DNA from: a virus
Lineage: Duplodnaviria; Heunggongvirae; Uroviricota; Caudoviricetes
Length of the DNA stretch: 64,000 bases
Direction: 5' to 3' (one strand)
IMG/VR virus record: IMGVR_UViG_3300042870_001966
A program made the position numbers and the translations under genes. The notes beneath the pieces were generated by a model. That model was given only the letters and a program-made list of their open reading frames with translations. It had not been told where the DNA came from and searched no databases. Of the stretch, positions 10,433 through 19,917 are shown piece after piece (within the stretch, counting starts at the first letter, position 1; each line of letters starts with the position of its first letter).

Positions 10433-10434
10433 CA

Positions 10435-11124
10435 ATGGCAATAAACCTTTTTAATGTAGAAAAGATACGTCAGCAATGGATCGAAAAAAACTTCATTTCT
10501 TTTGAGGATTTTTTGGTGGATGCTGATGCTGAGCAAATTCAACAATATTACTTTAATAAGCCTGCTGATTATTGGGATTTGGCAATTTATCCAGACCAAT
10601 ATAACTTGTCAGCAGCCTATCCAATTTATAGATGCAAGCCTGGAGATCCTTCCATTCCAGAAAGATTAGCATACATTAGGGAATTAAATGATCAAAACCA
10701 ATTCTCCTACACGTATAGAAGAACAGAAGATCATCATTATAACTTGGAAGTTTTTAAATCAGCTGAATTCATTGAAGCTCTTGAGTACATTACTGGATAT
10801 TCTGGAATTACGCTTGATCCTAATTACACGTTTATGAATTGCTATGAGGAAGGCCATTACAATGGACCTCATACTGATGGAGTAAATGGCCGAATTGCGT
10901 TTGTGTATCACCTTTCCAAAAATTGGAAACCGTGGAACGGTGGACTTTTTGTTAGAATGGATTGGGATTGGAAAAACGCGGATGCAATAGTGGTTCCTAA
11001 ATTTAATAACTTGGTTATGTTTAATGTATTTGGAAATGCAGCTAGTGGAGCTCCGCATTTCGTTACTGAAATTGCTCAAGGTTGCAAAAATAAAAGAATC
11101 AGCTTTACTGGCTGGTACAAATAA
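10435..11124 (+). CDS. 2OG-Fe(II) oxygenase (prolyl-hydroxylase-like)
   Basis: HTD...H...R triad: PHTDG, WKPWNGG, PHFV, RISFTGW. Confidence 0.85.
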   Translation: MAINLFNVEKIRQQWIEKNFISFEDFLVDADAEQIQQYYFNKPADYWDLAIYPDQYNLSAAYPIYRCKPGDPSIPERLAYIRELNDQNQFSYTYRRTEDHHYNLEVFKSAEFIEALEYITGYSGITLDPNYTFMNCYEEGHYNGPHTDGVNGRIAFVYHLSKNWKPWNGGLFVRMDWDWKNADAIVVPKFNNLVMFNVFGNAASGAPHFVTEIAQGCKNKRISFTGWYK

Positions 11125-11132
11125 TTATAATT

Positions 11133-11366
11133 ATGGCAGACTTAGATACTCAAATAGAACAATTTGAAAACGTTAGCTACCGAATGAGAGCTGAAGGTAT
11201 GCACTATTGCTTTGAGCACTATTCAAGTTTCGAAGAGGTAAAGGATCCTAAATTCCATGAACTTAGAGAGGCTTACTTAAAAGCGGCTAGCGAATTAAAG
11301 AGTTACGTAGATACTCGAATTGAAGAATTAAACCAAGAGTCCAATGGATTGGACGATTTATTATAA
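11133..11366 (+). CDS. hypothetical protein
   Basis: 77-aa ORF in operon. Confidence 0.7.
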   Translation: MADLDTQIEQFENVSYRMRAEGMHYCFEHYSSFEEVKDPKFHELREAYLKAASELKSYVDTRIEELNQESNGLDDLL

Positions 11367-11386
11367 ACCTAAAAAATAGAAAAAGT

Positions 11387-11536
11387 ATGACACCAGATCA
11401 AGCAAAGGATGCACTAATCGAGGTATTGATGGACCAAGTTGCAGACCTAACAATAATGTCTAAAATTGAATTAGGCGATGATGTAATTGCAGAAATTAAA
11501 AGATTAAGAGAAATTATCAATGAACCGACTCGATAA
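11387..11536 (+). CDS. small hypothetical protein (not in ORF track)
   Basis: MTPDQAKDALIEVLMDQVADL...EPTR*, 49 aa, fills the gap before thyA. Confidence 0.6.
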   Translation: MTPDQAKDALIEVLMDQVADLTIMSKIELGDDVIAEIKRLREIINEPTR

Positions 11537-12686
11537 ACAATACACCGATCTTCTTCAATCGATTTTAGATTATGGAGTGGAGAAGAGTGACCGAACCGGT
11601 ACTGGAACAATTTCAGTATTCGGTAGACAGATCCGTCATAAAATGAGTGAAGGGTTTCCTTTACTTACAACTAAGAAGATGCCATTCAAAACAATTGTAA
11701 CTGAATTATTGTGGTTCTTGCGTGGTGATACAAATATTAAGTATTTGGTTGACAATAATTGTCATATTTGGGATGGTGATGCTTATAAGAAATACAAAAG
11801 TACAGCAGACCATACATTATCAATAATGGAGTTTATTGATACAATAAAAAATGATTCGTTAAGAGCAAAGACCTGGGGTGAATTAGGTCCAATTTATGGT
11901 AGACAATGGAGAAATTGGGGCGCTATATTTGATGGAGGAGTAGACCAAATCCAAAACCTAATCAACGACCTTAAAACAAATCCAGACTCAAGACGATTAA
12001 TGGTAAATGCATGGAATGTAGGTGAATTAGACCAAATGACACTTCCACCTTGTCATTATGGATTTCAATGTTATACAAGAGAATTAAGTTTAGAAGAAAG
12101 AAGATCCTTAGTCAGTCAAGAAATGTTTAATCAAATCTATAATGGAGGTGGGCCGGATACCTTATCCCATTCTGAAATCAATCAATGGAATGTTCCAACC
12201 AGAGCAATCTCCCTTATGTGGAATCAACGTTCAGTAGATACATTCTTAGGCCTTCCGTTCAATATTGCAAGTTACGGACTTCTTCTAGAAATCATTGCAA
12301 AAGAAGTTAATATGATTCCTGATGAATTGATTGGAAACTTAGGAGATACTCATTTATATTTGAACCACATTGAACAAGCAAAGGAACAAATTGGTAGAAA
12401 GTATACACCAGAAGAAAGGGAGACCATGTTAAAGGATGCTATGAGCTTGCGTTTATATAACAAAGCAGTTAATGAACTGATGCCATTCGGTGGAGGTATG
12501 TCTGAGTACTACGATGCTTATAAAATTCCGTACCGTACAAGAGAACCATTTGAGTTACCTAAGTGCAATATCAAATTGCATTTTAAAAACGAACCATCAT
12601 TCACGCCAGAACATTGGTTAATTGATGATTTTGAATTAGTCGATTATCAATCACACCCATCAATTAAAGCACCACTAAGTAACTAA
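11520..12686 (+). CDS. thyA: thymidylate synthase with two insertions
   Basis: DRTGTGT, FPLLTTKK, ELLWFLRG, LPPCHY, RSVDTFLGLPFNIASY, GDTHLYLNH. Confidence 0.96.
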   Translation: MNRLDKQYTDLLQSILDYGVEKSDRTGTGTISVFGRQIRHKMSEGFPLLTTKKMPFKTIVTELLWFLRGDTNIKYLVDNNCHIWDGDAYKKYKSTADHTLSIMEFIDTIKNDSLRAKTWGELGPIYGRQWRNWGAIFDGGVDQIQNLINDLKTNPDSRRLMVNAWNVGELDQMTLPPCHYGFQCYTRELSLEERRSLVSQEMFNQIYNGGGPDTLSHSEINQWNVPTRAISLMWNQRSVDTFLGLPFNIASYGLLLEIIAKEVNMIPDELIGNLGDTHLYLNHIEQAKEQIGRKYTPEERETMLKDAMSLRLYNKAVNELMPFGGGMSEYYDAYKIPYRTREPFELPKCNIKLHFKNEPSFTPEHWLIDDFELVDYQSHPSIKAPLSN

Positions 12687-12806
12687 CATGAAAACTGAAA
12701 CTTTATCCAGGATCAAAAGACTTGAACAGTTTTGGGATTTGTACATTGGCTGGTTTTTCGTAAACGGTCGTAAGCAGGATCAGTACTTTATTAAAATTAA
12801 AAACAA

Positions 12807-13166
12807 ATGGAATCTATGATACTAGTAAAATTTAGAGACATTGACCCAGATACTGGATCAATTAGTCAAGAAGGAACCGTTGCAACGTGTGCGGATGAAC
12901 AATTAGCTAACTGGGTTAAGTCTGCTCTTGGGAGAGATAACGCTGAGAACGGCGATCCTAATCGTGAATTCTATTTAGACGATCAAGCGAATCGCGAAGC
13001 TACATACGAAGAGAGAGTTGCATGGTTCGTTGCAAACTATTACGAAACTGGAATGGAGTATGATGCTCTGCTTGAATCAATGAAAGAGGTTAACCTTGAC
13101 TCATTCGAATGGTATGATGAAACGATAAGTATTCCAACTCACTTTAAGAATTACCGCTTAAATTAA
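12807..13166 (+). CDS. hypothetical protein
   Basis: 119-aa ORF. Confidence 0.7.
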   Translation: MESMILVKFRDIDPDTGSISQEGTVATCADEQLANWVKSALGRDNAENGDPNREFYLDDQANREATYEERVAWFVANYYETGMEYDALLESMKEVNLDSFEWYDETISIPTHFKNYRLN

Positions 13167-14416
13167 GCAACTTCTGCATCTAGGCTCTTAGCGAAGGCGC
13201 TTGCTTTCGCTATAGCTTCTCTACCGACAGTTGATCCCAATGAAGAGCCCCATCCGGCATTTGCCTGAACGTAGTCTTGTACTGCACTGTCTAAGTCAGT
13301 ATATGCATTTGGATCTTTTCCTTTGCGATCAAACGAATCAATGAAATAAATTACTGCGAATTCTGCTGCAACTTCAGGTTTTTCCAATTCTTCAGGATTC
13401 TCAACAATATTAACTTTTCCAAGTTTAGCTCCCATTTGGTCGTATATTCTTTGAAGATTTTCGTAATTTCCTTTAAACGTTATTCCATTAAATCCACGGC
13501 CTCTATACTTAGCTCCGTCTCCTGGAGAAACGTTTCCGTATTTTCCACCGTATACTGCTTCCCAAAATAGGCTATCGAATAATTCTTGGCCTTGGGTCCT
13601 CCAACCCTCAATTTGTTCATCGGTGTATTGGGATAATTTGCTTGGAAATACCTCACGTATTCTTGAAATAGGGGTACCGAAATAAGAAATTTCACTAGTT
13701 AAATTAGGAGACTCTTTTGAAATAACTCCAAGTACTGCCTTTCTAGCAAATTCATTAGTTATTCCGTTTTGATCCATCGCCTTTAGTAAGGCATCCATAT
13801 TTTCTTCAGGGAATTTTGAGGTAGATTTAAAATTCTGCCCTTTTCCTGGGGTAAGAGTTGTGTGTTTATCTAGATCAGCTTGTGAAAAGTTTTTATCTTT
13901 AAGGGCTGTGATTAGTCGGTTAATAAGATTTGCATCAATTAAAACAGAGTCAGTAGTTCGACCGGCTCCCTCTTTACCAGTCTTTGCAAATTCAACGCTG
14001 CCTTTGTGTTCCCAATGCCAAGACTCTCTTGGAATATTTGTGAATCCATAAGTTGCAGCATTGTCCTTCAACCACTGAAGAGCTTCAGCACTAAGGTCTA
14101 AGTCAAGAGCGCTTCCCCATCCGTGATTGGAAGTTCCAGGAACTGCCGCAAGTCCTCCATTTTTATAGAGACCTTTACGTGCAGCGACATCAACTTGCGA
14201 ATCGTAATCTCTGTACGAGTCAGTAATTCCCCAAGTTATTCCGTCTGCTTCGGCAGCAGCTCTCATTTCTTCGTATGCTTTCGCTGCAATTGAATTTAAT
14301 TTATGACCTTTAGTCGGTTGTCCTGCACCAGCGATAGGTTCTAATCCAGTAGTATCAAGTCGGCCATTTGCGGCTTCAGTTAAAAACTGTTTGAAATTTA
14401 ATATCTTATTTTCCAT
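13163..14416 (-). CDS. dual-domain peptidoglycan hydrolase: M15/VanY-type peptidase plus GH19-like lysozyme, CTS-like N-terminus
   Basis: SYRDYDSQ, PGTSNHGWGSALD and ESWHWEH (M15); DGAKYRGRGFNGITFKGNY (GH19-like). Start MENKILNFKQFLTE at 14416. Confidence 0.85.
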   Translation of the reverse strand: MENKILNFKQFLTEAANGRLDTTGLEPIAGAGQPTKGHKLNSIAAKAYEEMRAAAEADGITWGITDSYRDYDSQVDVAARKGLYKNGGLAAVPGTSNHGWGSALDLDLSAEALQWLKDNAATYGFTNIPRESWHWEHKGSVEFAKTGKEGAGRTTDSVLIDANLINRLITALKDKNFSQADLDKHTTLTPGKGQNFKSTSKFPEENMDALLKAMDQNGITNEFARKAVLGVISKESPNLTSEISYFGTPISRIREVFPSKLSQYTDEQIEGWRTQGQELFDSLFWEAVYGGKYGNVSPGDGAKYRGRGFNGITFKGNYENLQRIYDQMGAKLGKVNIVENPEELEKPEVAAEFAVIYFIDSFDRKGKDPNAYTDLDSAVQDYVQANAGWGSSLGSTVGREAIAKASAFAKSLDAEVA

Positions 14417-14771
14417 TATCTGAAGTGCTGATTTTTGTAGTATCCTCATTGAATTTCTGAATAGCTATTGCTGTTTCTGGTCCAAAATAACCATCAACTC
14501 CGTGTTCAGGTAATTCGTAACCTAAGAACTCTAGCGCTGCTTGAATGTCTTCTACTAATTTAGAATAGGTATAGGTTCCGCCGTTTTGGACAGCTACTGA
14601 TTTTCCAGAATTTGCAAAATCCTCCAATGTAGCATAGAACGCTTCGACCTTATCGTCTAGGAGTGTGCCGTCTTCTTTTTTCTGAGCAGAGGTCTCTTCC
14701 TTCTTGCCGGTAAGCCAGTCCCAAAAACCCTCATTTGTTTTTTCTGTGAATTGATTAAAATTATGAATCAT
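14406..14771 (-). CDS. peptidoglycan-binding (PG_binding_1) protein with CTS-like N-terminus
   Basis: VEDIQAALEFLGY...VDGYFGPETAIAIQKF; starts MIHNFNQFTE; late promoter at 14811-14817. Confidence 0.8.
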   Translation of the reverse strand: MIHNFNQFTEKTNEGFWDWLTGKKEETSAQKKEDGTLLDDKVEAFYATLEDFANSGKSVAVQNGGTYTYSKLVEDIQAALEFLGYELPEHGVDGYFGPETAIAIQKFNEDTTKISTSDNGK

Positions 14772-14822
14772 GTTAAACTTTACCTGTTTATTTTGTAATA
14801 GATACTAAATTATTTATCCTTA

Positions 14823-15578
14823 ATGAGTGAGAAAATAAAGAGAGTAGAGTTAAACGGATTTAGGTATTACGAAGTATCTGACTCATCTGGGATAATTGGC
14901 ACATTCCCAAGCGTCACTTCAGTTCTTGGAGAAACCTCCGATAAGACAGGTCTTGATGCTTGGCGAAACCGGGTAGGACATGAGGCAGCTGATCGAATAG
15001 GTCGAGATGCCGCCAATCGCGGAACGGTCATGCACAGGTTGTGTGAACTCTATTTAAGTTTGCCCGCGTCTATGAAACCCAAGGATCGATTAGAAGAGTG
15101 TCTTTTGCTATCTAGGTTAGACGATGAAATTGACGAGTTTGACAGTAGAGCCAAAATTGTGGGTGGAATGTTATTCTACAACTTCGTTAAGTCAAACTCA
15201 TTCGATGAAATAAAGAGAGTAATTGCACAAGAAAGATTTCTATGGACTCCAAGAGACGGCGGTTATGCTGGCACAGTCGATAATGTTTCTGAGTTAATAA
15301 CTAATGACGTTGCAATAGTTGATTTTAAAACAGCGCGTAAACCCAAGGAAGAGAAATGGATTGAGGATTACAAGCATCAGGTCGCTGCGTATTCAGTTGC
15401 CGTTTGGGATAGAATGCAGATCAAAGCTGTTACTTGCCGAATTTGGATCTCAAACGAAATGCACCTTCAACCCCAGTACTTTAGAATGGACCAGGTCGAA
15501 ATGCGTGAGTACTATTATAAATTCAGAGAAAGATTAGCTGACTTTTATAAAAAGAATCCTCCTATTACAATTCAATAG
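14823..15578 (+). CDS. PD-(D/E)XK exonuclease (Cas4/MGME1-like phage nuclease)
   Basis: PSVTSVL, GTVMH, YAGTVD, IVDFKT, YKHQVAAY. Confidence 0.85.
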   Translation: MSEKIKRVELNGFRYYEVSDSSGIIGTFPSVTSVLGETSDKTGLDAWRNRVGHEAADRIGRDAANRGTVMHRLCELYLSLPASMKPKDRLEECLLLSRLDDEIDEFDSRAKIVGGMLFYNFVKSNSFDEIKRVIAQERFLWTPRDGGYAGTVDNVSELITNDVAIVDFKTARKPKEEKWIEDYKHQVAAYSVAVWDRMQIKAVTCRIWISNEMHLQPQYFRMDQVEMREYYYKFRERLADFYKKNPPITIQ

Positions 15579-17535
15579 GCTGACCTGATACTTTACGTAA
15601 AAGATCTAATCTAACTGGTGTAGGTCGAGTAGCTCCACCGAATGTATTTAAGTAGATAAATGGCTGATTTGCTGTATTTCGGGTAGTGTAATCGCAACTA
15701 GCAAAGATTCCCCAATTATTCATGTGATTAGCGATATAGTAACGGTCTCCTGCTCTAGCTCTTAATTTATCTTCCTCAGTTACTGTTTCCAATTCGTATG
15801 CCATCAGTCCAAGACCAGCAAATGGTCTTTCGATAATATGGCCAGTTACAACGTTTATTAATTTAGCATCGTAACCAGTGCGGTTCAATAGGTCGTCAAC
15901 TGAATCTACTGGACGAATTGATCTTCCTGCTCTACTGAATGCTACATAAACTGGGATACCAAAAGATGATCTAAACGCTTCTCTCTCTTGAGGACCTAGT
16001 ACAATGAACTTAGCAAAGTCGCCGGTTCTAATCTTTTTCAATAAGTCAAGTTCCGGTAAGAGTCCACGTGCTTCAACTCGACGTTTAAGATCAGATCCGC
16101 TCTGTGGCATTTCCGCAAATACTCCAGGTCGAGTAGCTCGTTCTGCATTTTGAGTACGTTCAGCTTCTCTTCTAGTAATAGCAGCCTGTCTTTCAGTTTC
16201 TCGACGTCTTTCAATTTCCTCAGGATCAATGAATGATCTCATGTACTCTTGTTCAACTGTTGATAAATTAACACGACTAAGATCCGGAATTGCTTCTGGG
16301 ATTACTTTAATCCATTGTGATTTATCGGTAGTCGTTCTAGTATCTCCAGCATTTCCTGGCTCAAGGTTACCATTGTCAATCTGTATAGCATTAGAAATTG
16401 AGGCAGCGACATACGAACCATTTCTATCTAAAATAACTCGTCGAATTGGTAGAGACGAATATGATGCATCGTATAAGTAGCTCTTAACTACGATAAAGTC
16501 TCCAACGTTCCATTCAGCATCAGGATCTGCTCCGTATTGTGTAATTCGGTCAGCTAGTCTTTGACGAGTTGCTGCCTCTTCACGAGTTCTACGTTCAGCT
16601 GCTTCAACTCTTTCACGTTCTCTTTGTTCTTCTTCTCTTCGTTGAGCCTCAGTTCGTGCAGCCAAGATAGCCTGAACTCTTTCAGGTGTTAATCGATTAT
16701 CCGTAACTAATGAATTAAGATAATCTCTATTTAATAGAACTAGTGATTCATCGGGTAAAATTGCAAGTAATTCATCGTCCATATCAAAACGATCAGGCTT
16801 TGTTTTATCTCTACCAATTACTCTTTCAATAAATCTGTTAGCCACATCAATTTTTGCAGCGGTTGACATGGATTTATCCATTGCCATCCAGTTGCCTGCG
16901 CCGATAATTGCGTGAGCATCATCTTCTGATGGAGAGCCATCTGGGTTGGATTTGTAAGTCAACATTGATCCCCATGCTTTATCCTTCTCAGTAGTACCAG
17001 ATGGATTAGACGAAATATAGTCTGCGTATTTTAATAGAGTTCGGTACATTTTATAACCCAAACCAGCTCCTCTTAATCCGCTTGGAATACCTCCATTTGG
17101 AAAGTGGCTTCGTTGAAAATCCGAAGGTCCTTCAGTACGAAAGTGAATTGCATTATCGTCTCCTGGGTAAACGTCTCTCCATCTTCCGAATTCATTAGCG
17201 AATCGGCTAGCGTCAACATTTTTAAGTTCAGCCATTAAGTCAACGATAGGTTGTGGAAATTTAGGGTAATAATCTCTGGAGTTTGAAGGTTTTTCCATTG
17301 TAATATCCAATCGTCGAACTCCCTTAAGGGCTCTAACTAGATCTACTGAAATTTCCGCAAACGATCGGGTCTCTGGCCTGTTTGCTAATTGTTGATTTCT
17401 GTCAATTGTTGATTGTCTAACTCTACCCATGTGACTTTGAGCAAGTCTCTCTGGTCGTTTAACTCCCATTTCGCCAACCAGGCCGTCTTGATTAAAAGCG
17501 GACTCGTTAACTATGTCTCTTAAGGAATTTATCAT
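15565..17535 (-). CDS. large late protein with a putative GNAT acetyltransferase motif and a coiled coil
   Basis: IPSGLRGAGLGYKMY fits the acetyl-CoA-binding R/QxxGxG motif A. Starts MINSLRDIVNE; late promoter at 17560-17566. Confidence 0.6.
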   Translation of the reverse strand: MINSLRDIVNESAFNQDGLVGEMGVKRPERLAQSHMGRVRQSTIDRNQQLANRPETRSFAEISVDLVRALKGVRRLDITMEKPSNSRDYYPKFPQPIVDLMAELKNVDASRFANEFGRWRDVYPGDDNAIHFRTEGPSDFQRSHFPNGGIPSGLRGAGLGYKMYRTLLKYADYISSNPSGTTEKDKAWGSMLTYKSNPDGSPSEDDAHAIIGAGNWMAMDKSMSTAAKIDVANRFIERVIGRDKTKPDRFDMDDELLAILPDESLVLLNRDYLNSLVTDNRLTPERVQAILAARTEAQRREEEQRERERVEAAERRTREEAATRQRLADRITQYGADPDAEWNVGDFIVVKSYLYDASYSSLPIRRVILDRNGSYVAASISNAIQIDNGNLEPGNAGDTRTTTDKSQWIKVIPEAIPDLSRVNLSTVEQEYMRSFIDPEEIERRRETERQAAITRREAERTQNAERATRPGVFAEMPQSGSDLKRRVEARGLLPELDLLKKIRTGDFAKFIVLGPQEREAFRSSFGIPVYVAFSRAGRSIRPVDSVDDLLNRTGYDAKLINVVTGHIIERPFAGLGLMAYELETVTEEDKLRARAGDRYYIANHMNNWGIFASCDYTTRNTANQPFIYLNTFGGATRPTPVRLDLLRKVSGQPIEL

Positions 17536-17617
17536 AATGTAATAAAAATTTCTTTGAGTTATTTATTCATGAATCCGGTGGTACTAATGTAGTAAAATAG
17601 ATAAACAAAACGAAATT

Positions 17618-18328
17618 ATGCAAAAGATCACATTCCATAAGAAATCCATTCAAGTCTCCTTCTGGGATGAAACGGCAGAAGACTGGCAAGACCGAGATAT
17701 TTCCAAATCTGAATTACCTATTACTTGGTACTTACCGTACGAAGTATTCGTTGAGGAAGGTGTAACCATTCGGGAGGTACTTACTCTATTAAAACCTTAC
17801 GCTGAACAAATTAATTTTGTTTTTATTAATTATCTAAAAACAGTTTCATTTGAGGGTCTACTAGATTCATTATTTGGAGCGGACCGTGAAGACTCAATTG
17901 AAGAGGTTGGTTTAATTTGTATGTTGTGGGTCGGCCAAGTTAAGCCACTCGACGAGGAAGATGCTGAACTTGACGCGTATCCTACTCTGATGGCACTAGA
18001 TGAATCTGGCGATGAAGGCTCTGATGAAGATGAATTCATCAGCATCCACGAAATATCAATCACCCAGCTATTAGACAAGCCTCTGGTCATCGATGATCTT
18101 CTTGAGTACGTTGACGAATCTATGGAATCGCAGTTCGGTGGAATTACGAGCTGGAGCCTTTTTGATTTTATCAGAACCCTAGCGAATGAGTTAACCACTT
18201 ATTCATTTGTTACTGGCGTTTTTCCAAAATCTGACCTGGATAATTTACCTCCACTTAGTTCAACTGAACTATTCGAGCACATGGAAGACTTGGACGATTT
18301 TTTTAAAAATAAGAATATTCGAAGCTAA
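17618..18328 (+). CDS. hypothetical acidic protein
   Basis: 236-aa ORF, D/E-rich. Confidence 0.75.
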   Translation: MQKITFHKKSIQVSFWDETAEDWQDRDISKSELPITWYLPYEVFVEEGVTIREVLTLLKPYAEQINFVFINYLKTVSFEGLLDSLFGADREDSIEEVGLICMLWVGQVKPLDEEDAELDAYPTLMALDESGDEGSDEDEFISIHEISITQLLDKPLVIDDLLEYVDESMESQFGGITSWSLFDFIRTLANELTTYSFVTGVFPKSDLDNLPPLSSTELFEHMEDLDDFFKNKNIRS

Positions 18329-18412
18329 TTCACGAAGTCTATTGGTAGAATACAGAAAGCCTGATATTAATCGGGCTTTTTTGGTATATTATATTTAACA
18401 AAAGACCTAATT

Positions 18413-19408
18413 ATGCGATCTACTAAAATAAAGACGTTTTATAATCCAAAGCAGGTTTTACAAAACGATAAAACTTCAAATTACAGCAAGTCTCCATTAA
18501 AGCCTAAGCTTTTATTGGAATACCTTGAAATGCACGGACTAATTGATAATTTTGAAATTACTTCAGAGTTTAATCCATATTCGAATGCTGATTTCAGAAT
18601 TGCCCATGAAAAAAGTTACGTGAAAGACTTTTTCAAAGGAAGGGGTCGATACTGTTCTAATGGATTGTCTTGGTCACCTCAATTCGCTGAATCAATAAGA
18701 TACACAAACTCTTCGTTGTACTCAGCGATCAGAAATTCAATCGTAAATCCAGATCAAGTAAGCTTCAGCCCAACCAGTGGATTTCACCATGCTCGCCCAA
18801 GCGGAGGCAGCGGTTTCTGTACGTTTAGTGGACAGGTAATTGCATCACTTAAAATATACGAAGAGTTTGGATTAAGCGGAGCGTACTTTGATCTTGACGG
18901 TCATTTCGGAAATTCAATTGAGGACAGCCGAACTTTTTGCAAAGACTTAAATAAGGCAGTTCCTAGAGATTTCAATATTAATCCAATAGGCCATGATGAT
19001 CGATACTTAGAAGATTTGGCAATTTGGTTGGAACGAACAAAGGCGGCGATCCTTGCCGGTAAAATTGGCTATGTTGTTTGGTGTCACGGAGCGGATTCTC
19101 ATGCAGATGACAACTTAGGAAGCCAATGCGAAACTGATTATTGGGTTGCTTGCTCTACTCTTTTTTGGAGATGGGTAAAAGAAATGGACGAATTATTGGG
19201 AAAACCTCTACCGGTTTCATGTGCTCTTTTTGGAGGTTATCGGGATGACCATTACGACTCTGTTCTAAGTCTACACACAGCGGATTTCGTTGAATGCATT
19301 ACTGAATTACTTGGATCCAAGGTTAAATATACTATAGAGGTACAGCCTCGCCAAAAATTCGGGTACAGTCATGGCAATCGATATAGCAAACGAGAGAGAA
19401 TGGACTAG
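18413..19408 (+). CDS. histone deacetylase family (HDAC/AcuC-like) Zn-dependent deacetylase
   Basis: GFHHA, SGFCTF, FDLDGHFGN, HGADSH.DD.LG, FGGY. Confidence 0.9.
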   Translation: MRSTKIKTFYNPKQVLQNDKTSNYSKSPLKPKLLLEYLEMHGLIDNFEITSEFNPYSNADFRIAHEKSYVKDFFKGRGRYCSNGLSWSPQFAESIRYTNSSLYSAIRNSIVNPDQVSFSPTSGFHHARPSGGSGFCTFSGQVIASLKIYEEFGLSGAYFDLDGHFGNSIEDSRTFCKDLNKAVPRDFNINPIGHDDRYLEDLAIWLERTKAAILAGKIGYVVWCHGADSHADDNLGSQCETDYWVACSTLFWRWVKEMDELLGKPLPVSCALFGGYRDDHYDSVLSLHTADFVECITELLGSKVKYTIEVQPRQKFGYSHGNRYSKRERMD

Positions 19409-19559
19409 AAAGTATAAAGATGTCGATAAAAAAGGAATCACATCCGCCTACTGGAATGAAGTCCTAGATATAATTAAGTACTTGGAAAGCAAGGAAGAAT
19501 ACGAAAAGTGCCAAGAGTTATGGGCGTATTACAAAGAGATTACTGGTCATATCAAATGA
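19371..19559 (+). CDS. small protein with UVR-like helical hairpin
   Basis: EEYEKCQEL; a similar motif occurs in 38801-39070. Confidence 0.55.
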   Translation: MAIDIANEREWTRKYKDVDKKGITSAYWNEVLDIIKYLESKEEYEKCQELWAYYKEITGHIK

Positions 19560-19601
19560 CTTCACACAACAATCGCCCCATTGGGGCGATTGCTTTTTAA
19601 A

Positions 19602-19910
19602 TTAAGAATTTAAAGGTTCAGGTGAAGTAGGTTCTTCTTTAGCCTTAACCTTTTTCCCATTAACTATGTTCTTAACTCCAAGTAGAGCTGCTCCAATTGT
19701 AGTGAACATTACTGATTGATTAATAATGTCAATAGACTTGTCTATAAACATTTTGTCAATGCAACCTAGAAAAAAACAGATTCCTCCAATAAAAATGATG
19801 TAAAGTCCAGCGCTTGATGTTCCAGATGTTTTACCGCTGTCGTTTGATGTCATTTCACCGAATGAAAACTTCTTAATGTCTCCGAGATTTTGAATTTTCA
19901 TATTAGCCAT
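19602..19910 (-). CDS. two-TM membrane protein, possible holin
   Basis: Two hydrophobic helices and a charged C-terminus. The holin role is inference only. Confidence 0.5.
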   Translation of the reverse strand: MANMKIQNLGDIKKFSFGEMTSNDSGKTSGTSSAGLYIIFIGGICFFLGCIDKMFIDKSIDIINQSVMFTTIGAALLGVKNIVNGKKVKAKEEPTSPEPLNS

Positions 19911-19917
19911 GATTTTT

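Noticed and set aside
14823-15578. Cas4 of a CRISPR system
   Set aside because: No cas1/cas2 or array, and no four-Cys cluster; it is a stand-alone PD-(D/E)XK nuclease.
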